Source: Myxococcales bacterium
GTDB taxonomy: Bacteria; Myxococcota_A; UBA9042; JABWCM01; BTVJ01
NCBI GenBank assembly: GCA_045863395.1
Contig: BTVJ01000005.1
Coordinates: 96,001-160,000, forward strand
Length of the DNA: 64,000 bases
Reading direction: 5' to 3'
Made by a program: the position numbers and the translations under genes. Positions within the stretch are counted from its first letter, which is position 1; the number at the start of each line of letters is the position of its first letter. Shown piece by piece: positions 20,320 to 30,200 of the stretch. The notes beneath the pieces were generated by a model. That model was given only the letters and a program-made list of their open reading frames with translations, was not told the DNA's origin and ran no database searches.

Positions 20320-22054
20320 GGCGAGCCTCCTGCTCAGCGTGGGACGCGGCGAGGAGCGACTGCACGGCGGCGACCACCTGGTCCGGCGGAATGACCTCCC
20401 GCGTGTCCTCGCTCCTGCGCTTCAGCTCCACCCCACCCGCCTCCAGGGACTTGCGGCCGACGACCACCTGAACCGGCGTCCCCATCAGGTCCGCGTCCTT
20501 GAACTTCGCTCCCGGCCGCTCCTCCCGGTCGTCGTAGAGCGCGTCGACTCCCGCCTCAAGGAGGGAGCGGTAGAGTCGCTCCGCCTCGGCGCGCACCGTC
20601 GGGTCATCGACGTTCAGCGCCATGACCACCACCTGGAACGGAGCGATGGCGGGCGGGAAGCGGATCCCCCCCTTGTCGTGGTGCTGCTCGATGGCCGCCG
20701 AGAGGATACGGGTAACGCCGATGCCGTAGCAGCCCATGACCGCGACCTGCTCCTTGCCGGCCTCGTCGAGGAAGGTGCAGCGCATGGGTTCGGAGTAGCG
20801 CGTGCCGAGCAGGAAGATGTGCCCCACCTCGATGCCACGAAAGAACGAGAACGTGCCCTCACCGCACCTCGGGCAAGCCTCGCCTCCGACGGCGGTGCGC
20901 AAGTCGATGGCCTGCGCGACCTGGAAGTCGCGTCCAGGGGTGACGTCGACCAAGTGGGTGTCTGCTTGGTTCGCCCCGACCACGGCGTTGATCTGCCCCA
21001 GGAGCGAGTGGTCAGCCACGATGCGCACGTCGCCCGGCAAGCCCACGGGGCCGGCGAACCCTACCGGGGCGCCCGTGACGCGGCGCACCGTGTCCTCGTC
21101 GGCGAGGCCAAGGTCGCTCGCACCCAGGGCAGCCTTGAGCTTGATCTCGTTGAGCTCGTGGTCGCCCCGCACGAGGGCTGCGACCACGGACCCATCAGCG
21201 ATGAACAGCAGCGTCTTGATCAGCCGCTCCGGGGGAACGCCCAGGAAGGCCGTGACCTCCTCGACTGTGCGCATGCGGGGTGTGGCCACGAGCCTGGGCG
21301 CACGAGCGTCCTCGCCGGCGCCGGCCAGCGGAGCCGGCTTGAGCTCCGCCTTCTCGACGTTTGCGGTATAGGGGCAGGTTGAGCAGGAGACGATGGAGTC
21401 CTCGCCAGTCTCGGCGAGCACCTGGAACTCGTGACTCGCCGAGCCTCCGATGTTCCCCGTGTCCGCCTCGACCACGCGGAAGTCCAGGCCGCAGCGAGTG
21501 AAGATGCGCGTATAGGCTTCGTGCATCCGGTCATAGCTGCGCCGCGCTGCCTCCAAGGTGGCGTCGAAGCTGTATGCGTCCTTCATGATGAACTCGCGTC
21601 CACGCATCAAGCCGCCGCGCGGTCTGAGCTCATCACGAAACTTGCCCTGGATCTGATAGAGGTTGATGGGGAGCTGGCGATAGGACCGAACGTCCCGCCG
21701 CACCAAGTCTACGACCACCTCCTCATGGGTCGGGCCGAGGCAGAACTCGCTCCCCTTGCGGTCCTTGAAGCGCAGCAGCTCGGGGCCATACTTGGCCCAT
21801 CGCCCGGACTCCTGCCAGAGCTCCGCCGGCTGCACCGTTGGCATCAGCACCTCCATGGCGCCGGCCCGGTTCATCTCCTCACGGACGATGGCCTCGATCT
21901 TGGACAGGACCCGGACGCCGAGGGGGAGAAAGCTGTAGACCCCTGCTGCGACCTTGCGGATGAACCCGCCGCGGATCAGGAGCTCGTGGCTGGGAAGCTC
22001 CGCGTCCTTGGGAGCCTCCTTGAGAGTGGGCGCGTGAAATGCCGAGAGGCGCAT
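20306..22054 (-). CDS. proS: Proline--tRNA ligase (bacterial type with INS editing domain)
   Basis: LGPTHEE, FRDELRPRGGLMRGREFIMKDAYSF, GIEVGHIF, MGCYGIG; start MRLS. Confidence 0.98.
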   Translation of the reverse strand: MRLSAFHAPTLKEAPKDAELPSHELLIRGGFIRKVAAGVYSFLPLGVRVLSKIEAIVREEMNRAGAMEVLMPTVQPAELWQESGRWAKYGPELLRFKDRKGSEFCLGPTHEEVVVDLVRRDVRSYRQLPINLYQIQGKFRDELRPRGGLMRGREFIMKDAYSFDATLEAARRSYDRMHEAYTRIFTRCGLDFRVVEADTGNIGGSASHEFQVLAETGEDSIVSCSTCPYTANVEKAELKPAPLAGAGEDARAPRLVATPRMRTVEEVTAFLGVPPERLIKTLLFIADGSVVAALVRGDHELNEIKLKAALGASDLGLADEDTVRRVTGAPVGFAGPVGLPGDVRIVADHSLLGQINAVVGANQADTHLVDVTPGRDFQVAQAIDLRTAVGGEACPRCGEGTFSFFRGIEVGHIFLLGTRYSEPMRCTFLDEAGKEQVAVMGCYGIGVTRILSAAIEQHHDKGGIRFPPAIAPFQVVVMALNVDDPTVRAEAERLYRSLLEAGVDALYDDREERPGAKFKDADLMGTPVQVVVGRKSLEAGGVELKRRSEDTREVIPPDQVVAAVQSLLAASHAEQEARLGRG

Positions 22055-22117
22055 CTGTGGTCTCCTGCGGGTGGGAGTACGGCGCGCATCACCACCCGCC
22101 GCGCCCCAGGGTGGCGC

Positions 22118-22147
22118 ACGATAGCACCGGCGTCCCGAGGGTGTCAA
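22118..22147 (-). promoter_or_regulatory. Sigma70-type promoter of proS
   Basis: TTGACA-N18-TATCGT with extended -10 TG. Confidence 0.55.
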
Positions 22148-22319
22148 CGCGTGCCGGGAGAGGAAGGTCAGGCTCCGACGACACATCGGCCCGACTCCGC
22201 GCGCGCAGTCCCAGGAGCGCTGGATCCAGGGAGTTCACCGCTGCATCCTGGCGAGTCGGGGACCCGCTGCGCCGAGAAGTGTCGCGACGGCGCTTCCCTT
22301 TACCACAGGGTGAGGACCG

Positions 22320-22934
22320 ATGAGCAAGCGACGATCAAGAGATGAGTTGGAGGCAGAAGACGCCCTCTTCGAGGCAGCCATGGCCACCCTGGGGTCCGCG
22401 CCGCCAGAGGTCAAGGCGCCCTTGTCGTCTCGGCAGCCGGCCCTGCGGCCCCCCTCGACGGAGGACGCCGGGAGAGCCGCCTGGCTCCGGGAGCAGGACG
22501 CTCTCTTCGAAGCGAGCGTCTCAGACGCAGTTGCACCAGACCCGGAGGACGTGGGGGAGAAGCCGCCGGGTCCACGGCGGTCGGTACACGCAGGGACGAG
22601 GAGGACGCTGAACAGGCGCCTCCATCAGGGCGACGTGCGCCCCGACGGCGCTCTGGATCTGCACGGACTCAGGCGCGAAGCTGCACGGACCCGCCTCATC
22701 ACCTTCGTACGAGGCGCCTTCGCGTCCGGTGGGCGCCTGCTCCTTGTCGTCACGGGGCGGGGCAAGCACTCCGCAGGAGATGCGGTGCTCCGGGAGATGA
22801 CGCCTCACTGGGTTCGGGAGGATCTTGACGACGTGGTCCAGGACTGCTGGAAGGCACCCGCAGAGCTGGGTGGAGAGGGGGCGCTGTTGGTGCTCCTGAG
22901 GCCGCCGCGGCGCGCGGACCCGGGACTCGGCTGA
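22320..22934 (+). CDS. Smr/MutS2 C-terminal domain protein
   Basis: LDLHG, VVTGRGKHS, APAELGGEGALLV. Confidence 0.88.
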   Translation: MSKRRSRDELEAEDALFEAAMATLGSAPPEVKAPLSSRQPALRPPSTEDAGRAAWLREQDALFEASVSDAVAPDPEDVGEKPPGPRRSVHAGTRRTLNRRLHQGDVRPDGALDLHGLRREAARTRLITFVRGAFASGGRLLLVVTGRGKHSAGDAVLREMTPHWVREDLDDVVQDCWKAPAELGGEGALLVLLRPPRRADPGLG

Positions 22935-23004
22935 CGGGGAGCTGGTCGGGGAGCGGAGACGGGTCGGGGGAGCGGGCGGCCCGAGCGGCCGCCCCGTCGC
23001 GAGC

Positions 23005-26000
23005 TCAGTTGGCCCCGTAGCTATAGGTGTGGTGCATACCACGCACCAGCTCGAGGCGGCCGATCAGGAACTGCAGGTTCGAGAAGTAGTACTCGTTCTG
23101 CAGAAGCTCCAGGTTGATCTGGCCGGTCTGCGGGTTCACATAGGACTGGAAGGCGGCCTTGGCATCCTTCACCAGCTCGTAGGCCGCATCGAAGTCGCTG
23201 CCATCTCCCACCCGAGCTGCCTGGTAGATCTTGCCGCTGAGCGGATCCTCGAACTCCACGATGTCGGTGCCGGGGGCGAAGGACACGCAGTCACCGCCGC
23301 CCTTGAGACACAGACGAGACGTGTCCATGAAGCTCAGGTCGAGGTTGTTGACCATCAGGGACATGCCGTAATAGGCCGCAAGCATCGGGATGCGATAGCG
23401 CGCGTTGGGGAAGGTCGACTTCGCCTCAGGGTTCAGCGCGATCGGGCAGTTGGCCGGCGACACGTCCTGGAAGTAGTCACGACGTGCCACGCTCGACACC
23501 TTCCCCTGCTCGTTGGTGCACACCCACCAGCCGAAGGTGCTCTCCTTGCTGGTCATGAGGCCGCCCATGACGCGCATCATCTGCTTCGGGAACACCGAGT
23601 AGTAGCTGACCCGGAAGCGCTGCTGGTCCTGCGCCGTCTCCGTCCACGGGAACGAGGTCGTGGTCGGGTCCGTCAGGTTCACGAACGCGGCGAGGCGATC
23701 ATAGATGGCCCCCGAGCGCCACGGCGTGTACAGGTAGCCCTGGAAGTTGAAGGCGTTGTACATCGGCCGCGCGCCTGACTCCTGGAGCACCCAGGCCTGG
23801 TTGATGTACTGGGAGTTGTCCAGGTTGAACAGCGGCTCGTACTTGCCGCTGGTCTGGTTCTGGCCGTAGCGACCCTCCTCCGGGCGGCCGAAGGCGTTGG
23901 CCATCGTGTTGAAGGCGTCATAGGCGGCAACGGTCGCGGACAGGCCGCCGTTGATGTCCTGGTCCCAGGGCACGCCGTTGCCGACGTTCTTGGCCCACCA
24001 GTTGTCCTTGTTGTAGTGGACCATCCCCTGGACCCAGTACTGGAACTGGCGCCGCATCTCGCCGAAGTACCGCTGAACGCCGTTGTAGTAGCTCTCGGGC
24101 CACCACGTGACCTGGTCGTGGGAGTAGCCGGAGAACGGCCAGTAGTTCTCGTAGGACTCCGCGGAGTTACGGACGATCTCGAAGGCGTCGACGCCCTCGT
24201 CGAAGACCTGGCAGGTGGGCGTGCGCCCCGTGAGCTCGTCTGAGCAGAAGCGGTAGGGCACCAAGACGCGCCCCTGCGCCTTGGCGGCGTCCTCGGGCAG
24301 CACCTCGCGGTCGAACATCGCCTTGACGCTGTCACCGAAGAACTTCGGGTAGTTGGTGTAGTGCACCTTCTTGAACGCGTCCTCGAGTGGGTCGCCGGAC
24401 GGGACCACGACCGTGGTGTTGCCGGGCTGTGTGGCGTCGGGCTCCAGCATGTATGGCTTGAGGAGGTCCTTGTCGGGCTCGGTCTTGAAGACCTCGACCA
24501 CCTTGCCATACCCGTACATGATGGCGGCCTTGTCGTAGTGCCCCAGACCGTCGAAGCGGCCATTGAACTTCGCCGTGTAGTCCATCACGGTGGCGCTCTG
24601 CTTCTGGCGCAGGTTGTTGAGCGCCTGCTCCTCCGTGTCCATCTGCCACAGGTTGACCGGGTGCAGGTGCCCGTCTGCGCCCTGGTGCATCTTCAGATCC
24701 CAGAAGGACTCGTGGAAGTTCAGCGCATCGGTTGACGCCTCGAAGTTGTGGCGCAGGCCCAGGGTGTGGCCGATCTCGTGGAGCTGGACGCCCTTGTAGA
24801 TGCGCTGCCACAGCTCGATCCGGATGCGCTCCCGCAGGGAGTCGAGCTTGCCGCGGAAGGCCTTCACGGCCGCCGCCAGCTCGGGCTGCTCCGTATCCCA
24901 GTACAGCGGGCTCGTCGGGCGCGTCGCCGCGTTGGGGTTCGTCGCCTCGATGTCCTCCACCTTCAGCCGCATCTGGTCCAGAAGCTTCTTGACGCTGCAG
25001 GAGTTGACCCAGTAGTTGCCGCTCGCCTCCCCGCTGGAGTTCAGCTCCTTCGACAGGGTCTTGCACACCCAGCCGTCGGCGTTGACCGCGCCGACCTTCT
25101 CGCATGTGCCCTTCACCTTGTTGAAGGCGCTCCAGTCGAGAATTCCCGGGAACTGGCCCTTGAAGTCGGAGCAGAAGGCCTGGTCGTACAGCGCCCCATA
25201 CTCGCGGACCAGACCCATGATGGCCGTGTCGGCGAAGGACTGCAGGTAGATGTTCTGCGCAGCGTGGTCTCGCTCATAGCGCATGCGCTTCTCTTGGCCC
25301 TGGACGCTGGCCCACTTGCGAAGCGCGAGGGTCTCGAGCAGCTCGGTCCCCACGTCCTCACCCTGGGCCTGCATGGGGGCGCGGAACAGTGACTTCACGT
25401 CGTCGCCGAGCATGAGCTGCTCCACCTCGGGCATGCTCTTGATCATGTCGAGGCGGGACTGAGCGAAGTTGTTGTCGGTCGGGAGGCCCACCTGAGCGAG
25501 CGTCTCGCGCAGCTCCGGGGTGACCACCAGGTTCGCGATCTTCTGCACCTCAGAGGAGGTGTAGCCACCGCGGACGCCGGCCGCCCGGAGACGCTTGCCA
25601 GTCTGGCCCTTCTCGATGTAGACGCCGCTCTCGATCTCACGGAAGTCGCGCACGCCCGCCATCATCTCGATGGTCGCAACGGCCCGCTCGGCGCCGAGCT
25701 TCATGGCCGCCACATAGGAGTGCGAGTTGACGGAGATCGCCTCGCCGGTGACCGGGTCGGTGTTGCTCGGCCCGTAACCGTAGAGGCCGTAGCTGATGGG
25801 CTCGACGACCGCCGACATCAGGCTGTACCGGAGGTCTCCGCGGCGCTTCGGGCGGTCCATGTCCTTGCAGAACTTCGCGTTCGGGTTGGTGGAGTCCTCC
25901 TTCCAGGTCGCCGTCGGGTGACCCGCCTCCTCTGCCACCATCGCCTCGGCGGCGCTGTTCTCGCAGAGGATGAACATGTCGTGGTCGGGGGCCGAGCCCT

Positions 26001-27177
26001 TCAGAGCCTTGACCGTCGCAACGAAGGCCTCGTTCCACTCCTCCGCCATCTCGATGCTCGGCGTGACCAGCTCGCGGGGGAAGTTCTCCGAGAGGTAGTA
26101 CACGATGGGCTTCGGGGTCATCTTGGAGTAGTCAGGCTTACCGCTGGCGTCGAGCGTCCAGTTGGACCAGATGTTGTGGCGGCTGATCTTGTTGCTCTGA
26201 CCGGTGAAGGTCACACCTCGCAGCTCATCGTAGGTCAGCCTGTCCGCGCGGAAGTAGCCGAACTTCTGCATGTCGACGTCGTCGTAGTCCTGGCCCTTGT
26301 AGTCCGGCTCGACGAAGCGCTTGAACGACGAGCGGACCTTGATCAGCTCGCTGGCGCACTCGAACACCTGGCCGGCGTACCAGGGATAGAACCAGCACAG
26401 GGGGACGGTGCCGAACCCCGGATAGGGCGTCGTCGGAGCAGCCAGCAGGCCCGTCATCACCGAGTCGAAGTAGACGAGCTTCTCCGCCCCTTCCTCGCCC
26501 TCGTACTGGAACACGGGCTGCTCCGTGGGATCGGCTCCCTGACCGTTGAACACTGCGCCGTTGCCCGCCTCCGAGGCGCTTGTGTAGGGCCGAAGGTCCC
26601 GCCCGTCACCGGTGTTGACCCAGTCGACGCGGAAGTACTCGCGCTCCCACCACTCCTGGTCGCTACCGTTCTCGACGAGGACGTTCATCTCCTCGCCCGT
26701 GGTCGGGTTGTACTGACGCTGGATGTCGAAGTGGGAGATGATCGGGTAGCTCGCCACGGGAGCCCCGCGGTAGATGTAGACCGGGGCCTGCATCTCAACG
26801 CCATTCACCTTGACGGTCCGGGTGACGATCTTCCCGTCCTCACCGAGGAGCGGGGTGTCCACGTCGGCGCTCTGCCCGAACGCCTCCGTGCCCTCGACGA
26901 ACTCGTAGGTGCGGTAGAAGATCAGGCTGTGCTCCTGGACCTCGAACACACCGCGCTCGAGCTGGCCCTGGTAGCCCGGGAAGGTGTACGCCGAGGTGTA
27001 CGGCGCCTGGATCACCGTCTCCTGGAAGTACCACTCGCCCTTCAGGTCCGCCTTCTTGATGTAGTCGGGCTGGACCCGGTTGATCTCGGGCTGATTCTGG
27101 GCACAGGCCCCGACCAGCGCCGCCAGGGCCATGGCGGCCAGGAGGCGCGCACCGACTCCCTTGGTCATGCTTCCCAT
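23005..27177 (-). CDS. Giant zinc-dependent metalloprotease (metzincin) lipoprotein, ~1390 aa
   Basis: Lipobox LVGA-C, HEIGHTLGLRH zinc motif, TVMDY Met-turn; alternative in-frame start at 27213. Confidence 0.85.
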   Translation of the reverse strand: MGSMTKGVGARLLAAMALAALVGACAQNQPEINRVQPDYIKKADLKGEWYFQETVIQAPYTSAYTFPGYQGQLERGVFEVQEHSLIFYRTYEFVEGTEAFGQSADVDTPLLGEDGKIVTRTVKVNGVEMQAPVYIYRGAPVASYPIISHFDIQRQYNPTTGEEMNVLVENGSDQEWWEREYFRVDWVNTGDGRDLRPYTSASEAGNGAVFNGQGADPTEQPVFQYEGEEGAEKLVYFDSVMTGLLAAPTTPYPGFGTVPLCWFYPWYAGQVFECASELIKVRSSFKRFVEPDYKGQDYDDVDMQKFGYFRADRLTYDELRGVTFTGQSNKISRHNIWSNWTLDASGKPDYSKMTPKPIVYYLSENFPRELVTPSIEMAEEWNEAFVATVKALKGSAPDHDMFILCENSAAEAMVAEEAGHPTATWKEDSTNPNAKFCKDMDRPKRRGDLRYSLMSAVVEPISYGLYGYGPSNTDPVTGEAISVNSHSYVAAMKLGAERAVATIEMMAGVRDFREIESGVYIEKGQTGKRLRAAGVRGGYTSSEVQKIANLVVTPELRETLAQVGLPTDNNFAQSRLDMIKSMPEVEQLMLGDDVKSLFRAPMQAQGEDVGTELLETLALRKWASVQGQEKRMRYERDHAAQNIYLQSFADTAIMGLVREYGALYDQAFCSDFKGQFPGILDWSAFNKVKGTCEKVGAVNADGWVCKTLSKELNSSGEASGNYWVNSCSVKKLLDQMRLKVEDIEATNPNAATRPTSPLYWDTEQPELAAAVKAFRGKLDSLRERIRIELWQRIYKGVQLHEIGHTLGLRHNFEASTDALNFHESFWDLKMHQGADGHLHPVNLWQMDTEEQALNNLRQKQSATVMDYTAKFNGRFDGLGHYDKAAIMYGYGKVVEVFKTEPDKDLLKPYMLEPDATQPGNTTVVVPSGDPLEDAFKKVHYTNYPKFFGDSVKAMFDREVLPEDAAKAQGRVLVPYRFCSDELTGRTPTCQVFDEGVDAFEIVRNSAESYENYWPFSGYSHDQVTWWPESYYNGVQRYFGEMRRQFQYWVQGMVHYNKDNWWAKNVGNGVPWDQDINGGLSATVAAYDAFNTMANAFGRPEEGRYGQNQTSGKYEPLFNLDNSQYINQAWVLQESGARPMYNAFNFQGYLYTPWRSGAIYDRLAAFVNLTDPTTTSFPWTETAQDQQRFRVSYYSVFPKQMMRVMGGLMTSKESTFGWWVCTNEQGKVSSVARRDYFQDVSPANCPIALNPEAKSTFPNARYRIPMLAAYYGMSLMVNNLDLSFMDTSRLCLKGGGDCVSFAPGTDIVEFEDPLSGKIYQAARVGDGSDFDAAYELVKDAKAAFQSYVNPQTGQINLELLQNEYYFSNLQFLIGRLELVRGMHHTYSYGAN

Positions 27178-27238
27178 CTTCGTTCCTCCATCGAGCCGAA
27201 AGGTCGCGTTCATTGTGTTCCTCCTCAGTCCGGCTCGA

Positions 27239-30200
27239 CTAGTAGCGGATGACGCCAAGAGTCGCGTTGAGCTCGCGCAGCACGTCGAGCACCTCGACGA
27301 GCTCCTTGAGCTGCGATGCGTACATTGCAGCCTCGACGTCGGTCGCGGCTGCGGCCCAGGCGGTCTTGAGGGCGTTGGCCTGATCGACGATGCGCGCCGC
27401 GACCGCCAGACGGTTGGCGTCGTAGCGAGGCACGATCGCCAGGTAGGTCTTGTTGCTGAACGGATCCGTGAACTTCTTCCACTCCATGCCAGGCGCGAGC
27501 TGGTAGTCGCTGGCGTTACCCTCGAGGACCACCGCCATGCTGTCGGTGACGCTGGGGTCGAACCCGGCAGGCAGGGTCGCCAGGGCGACCACTGCGGACA
27601 GGGTCTTGAACGACAGCGTGGAGATGGACGGCTGCACGAGCGGCATGTTGGACTGCGCCTGCGGATTGAACGCCGACCGAGGGCGGTACTCCAGGCGACC
27701 CGTCTTGGGCTCCGCCTCGACCACGCCGGCCCACTGCTCCCAGGCGTCGGCCACCACGCCTCCGAAGAGGTTGGTGAGCTCCCGCGGGTAGGCGGTGACG
27801 AAGCCGATGGCCGAGGAGACGCCGATGTCGAGCGCCTCGCCCACGTAGTCCGACAGGAAGCTGATGCTCGCGTCGGTCAGGGTCTGCATCGCGGCGAGCT
27901 TCTCCCAGTAGGCGCCCGCCCACAGCGGGTGCTGGAAGGCGTAGTAGCCGTAGCTCGTGTCAAACGTGGTCCAGGGGAACTTGCCCTGGCCGATGGGCAC
28001 GACCAGTGTGTCCTCGTCGTCCGTCGGTGTCGTGTCGTAGGACACGTTGACGTAGGTGTTGGTCTCCGGATCCAGCTCGTAGCGACCGGGGGCCGGCGAG
28101 GCGATGAGCTGGTGCAGGAACTGATACGCCATGTTCGCGGAGGTGCGGAAGTAGCCGCCGCTCATCGGCTGGCGCGAGAAGTTCTTCCAGAAGTTGAGCT
28201 CCGCGAACAGGTTCTCGTAGAGCGCGAAGTACAGGCCTGACAGACGCAGCGGGTTCATCCACCGGTCCATGATGCGGGCGTAGTAGCTGTAGCTCGCGTT
28301 GCCCCACCCGAAGCCGAAGCGCTCGCGCTGGAAGGCGTCGAAGATGTAGTACATCGTCAACATCTCCATCGCGTGGTACGTGACCTCGACCGAATCGGCG
28401 CCGGTGTCGAAGTACAGGCAGCCACCGTTGCCCCGGTACTCGTCCGAGCAGAAGTCGTAGGGGACCTCGATGTAGGTGTCCCAGTAGTTCTCGCTGTTGT
28501 AGTCGTAGTTCATGTCGCGGGACAGCTTCACCTGCTGGAACGGCACCGTGACGCGGTTGCTGCTCAGGTTGGCGTCCACCGTGATGACGTAGTTCAAGAA
28601 GAAGAACGGGTGATACAGCGTGTTCGCCCAGATGCTGCTGTCCTTCGTGAAGCTCGAGAACTTGAGAGGCGTGTCACCGAAGTACGGGGCGCCCTTCTCC
28701 GTGAAGTCGTTCAGCATGCTCACATCCTGGTAGACCTCCACCAGGTCGCCGTAGCCGAACTTGATCGCGGCATAGTCGTACTTGCCGAGCCCGTGGATGT
28801 CCGCGTTGATCTTCTGGCCATAGTCCATGACCGTGCTGAGCTGGTACTCAGTCCTGCGCTTCTCCATCTCACCCAGGGTCTGGTGGCCACGCGACACGAT
28901 GGCCTTGCTGATCTTCCAGCAAGACGTGCTGCCGGTCGCGCCCGGATCGGCACAGATTCCGCCCTCCCCGCAGTCACCAGCCGTGGTGCACTTCGAGACG
29001 ACCGCCGGATCGAACGTCGCCACGCCGCTTGCGGGCTCGCAGCGGTCAGACTTGCAGGTCTGGCCCTCGGCGCAGTCTCCGTCAAGACCGCAGTATCCCT
29101 TGAGGACGCAGCTCTCCGCCTTGGCGTCCCAGGTTGGCACAAGGTCACCACCCTTCACCTTGGCCAGGTCCGGGCTGCAGCTTGCCTTCGACAGGCCAAC
29201 CTGTGCGGGGGCAACACACTGCCCCATGGGGTCACCCACCTCCGGGTCGATGCACGTACCGCTTACGCAGAGGGTGCCCTCGGCGCAGTCCCCATCCGCC
29301 TGGCAGGCCGTGTAGCACTCCTCGCCACGAGCGAAGTTGCAGCCCGTGACATCGAGGCAGCGCACCGCATCACGCTCGCGGATGGAGTAGTACTTGTCGT
29401 CGAAGTTGAAGATGTCGTTGGAGGCGGCAAAGTTGTGCCGGAGCCCCATCGTGTGGCCAACCTCGTGCTCCAGCACGCCACCGTAGATGCGGGCGGTGAG
29501 CACCAGGTGCAGCGCCTCGCCCTCGAGACAGTACCCTTCCGGCACGACCTCCTGGCCAGTCGCGGCGAGGTTCTCGTCGATGAGCGCGACCGCCTCGCTG
29601 ACGCTCGTCACGGGCTGAGCGCCGGCCTTCTTGGCCTCCGCCGAGCAGCCGATCTCCTTGCTGAGGCCGTAGATGGCGCCATCCATGAAGTCGGGCATGT
29701 AGACGCAGTTCTCGCTCTTCGTGAGCAGCGCCATGCGCTGCTGCTCCTGGCGCAGGGCATTCGTGCCGAGCCAGTTCATGGGTGACACGGCGTCCGCGAA
29801 CTGGTCGTCCATCGGGTCACCCGGGAGGATTGCGCCGGAGGACATGGTCATCTTGACCTCGTCGTTGACCAGCAGCGCCTCGATACGGGAGCCCTTCAGT
29901 TTCTCCAGTGCGATCTCCAGAGGACTCTTCTGTGCCGCGGCCAGAGGGTTGTTCATGGCACGGAACCGATACTTGGGGCTCATTCCGTACGTCCGGACCT
30001 GGCCTAGCAGGTCCTGTCCGTCGCCCGACCACGCCGTGAGCGGGTTCGGCCCGCTGACGGCGGCGTCATCTCCCTCGGCGTCGTAGGTGTCACCGTCGGC
30101 GGTCGCATGACTCCCGGATGCCGAAGAGCCCAAGGTCAGCCCCTCGTAGAGCGAGGTGTAGTCCTCGGGGGAACGGGACGCCTTGATGGCGTCGATGGCG

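Noticed and set aside
22055..22117. T-box riboswitch before proS
   Set aside because: Leader after the predicted promoter is only ~60 nt and lacks the T-box consensus
22974..22994. GC hairpin between the convergent smr and protease genes as an intrinsic terminator
   Set aside because: 8-bp stem present but no U-tract on either strand; not supportable
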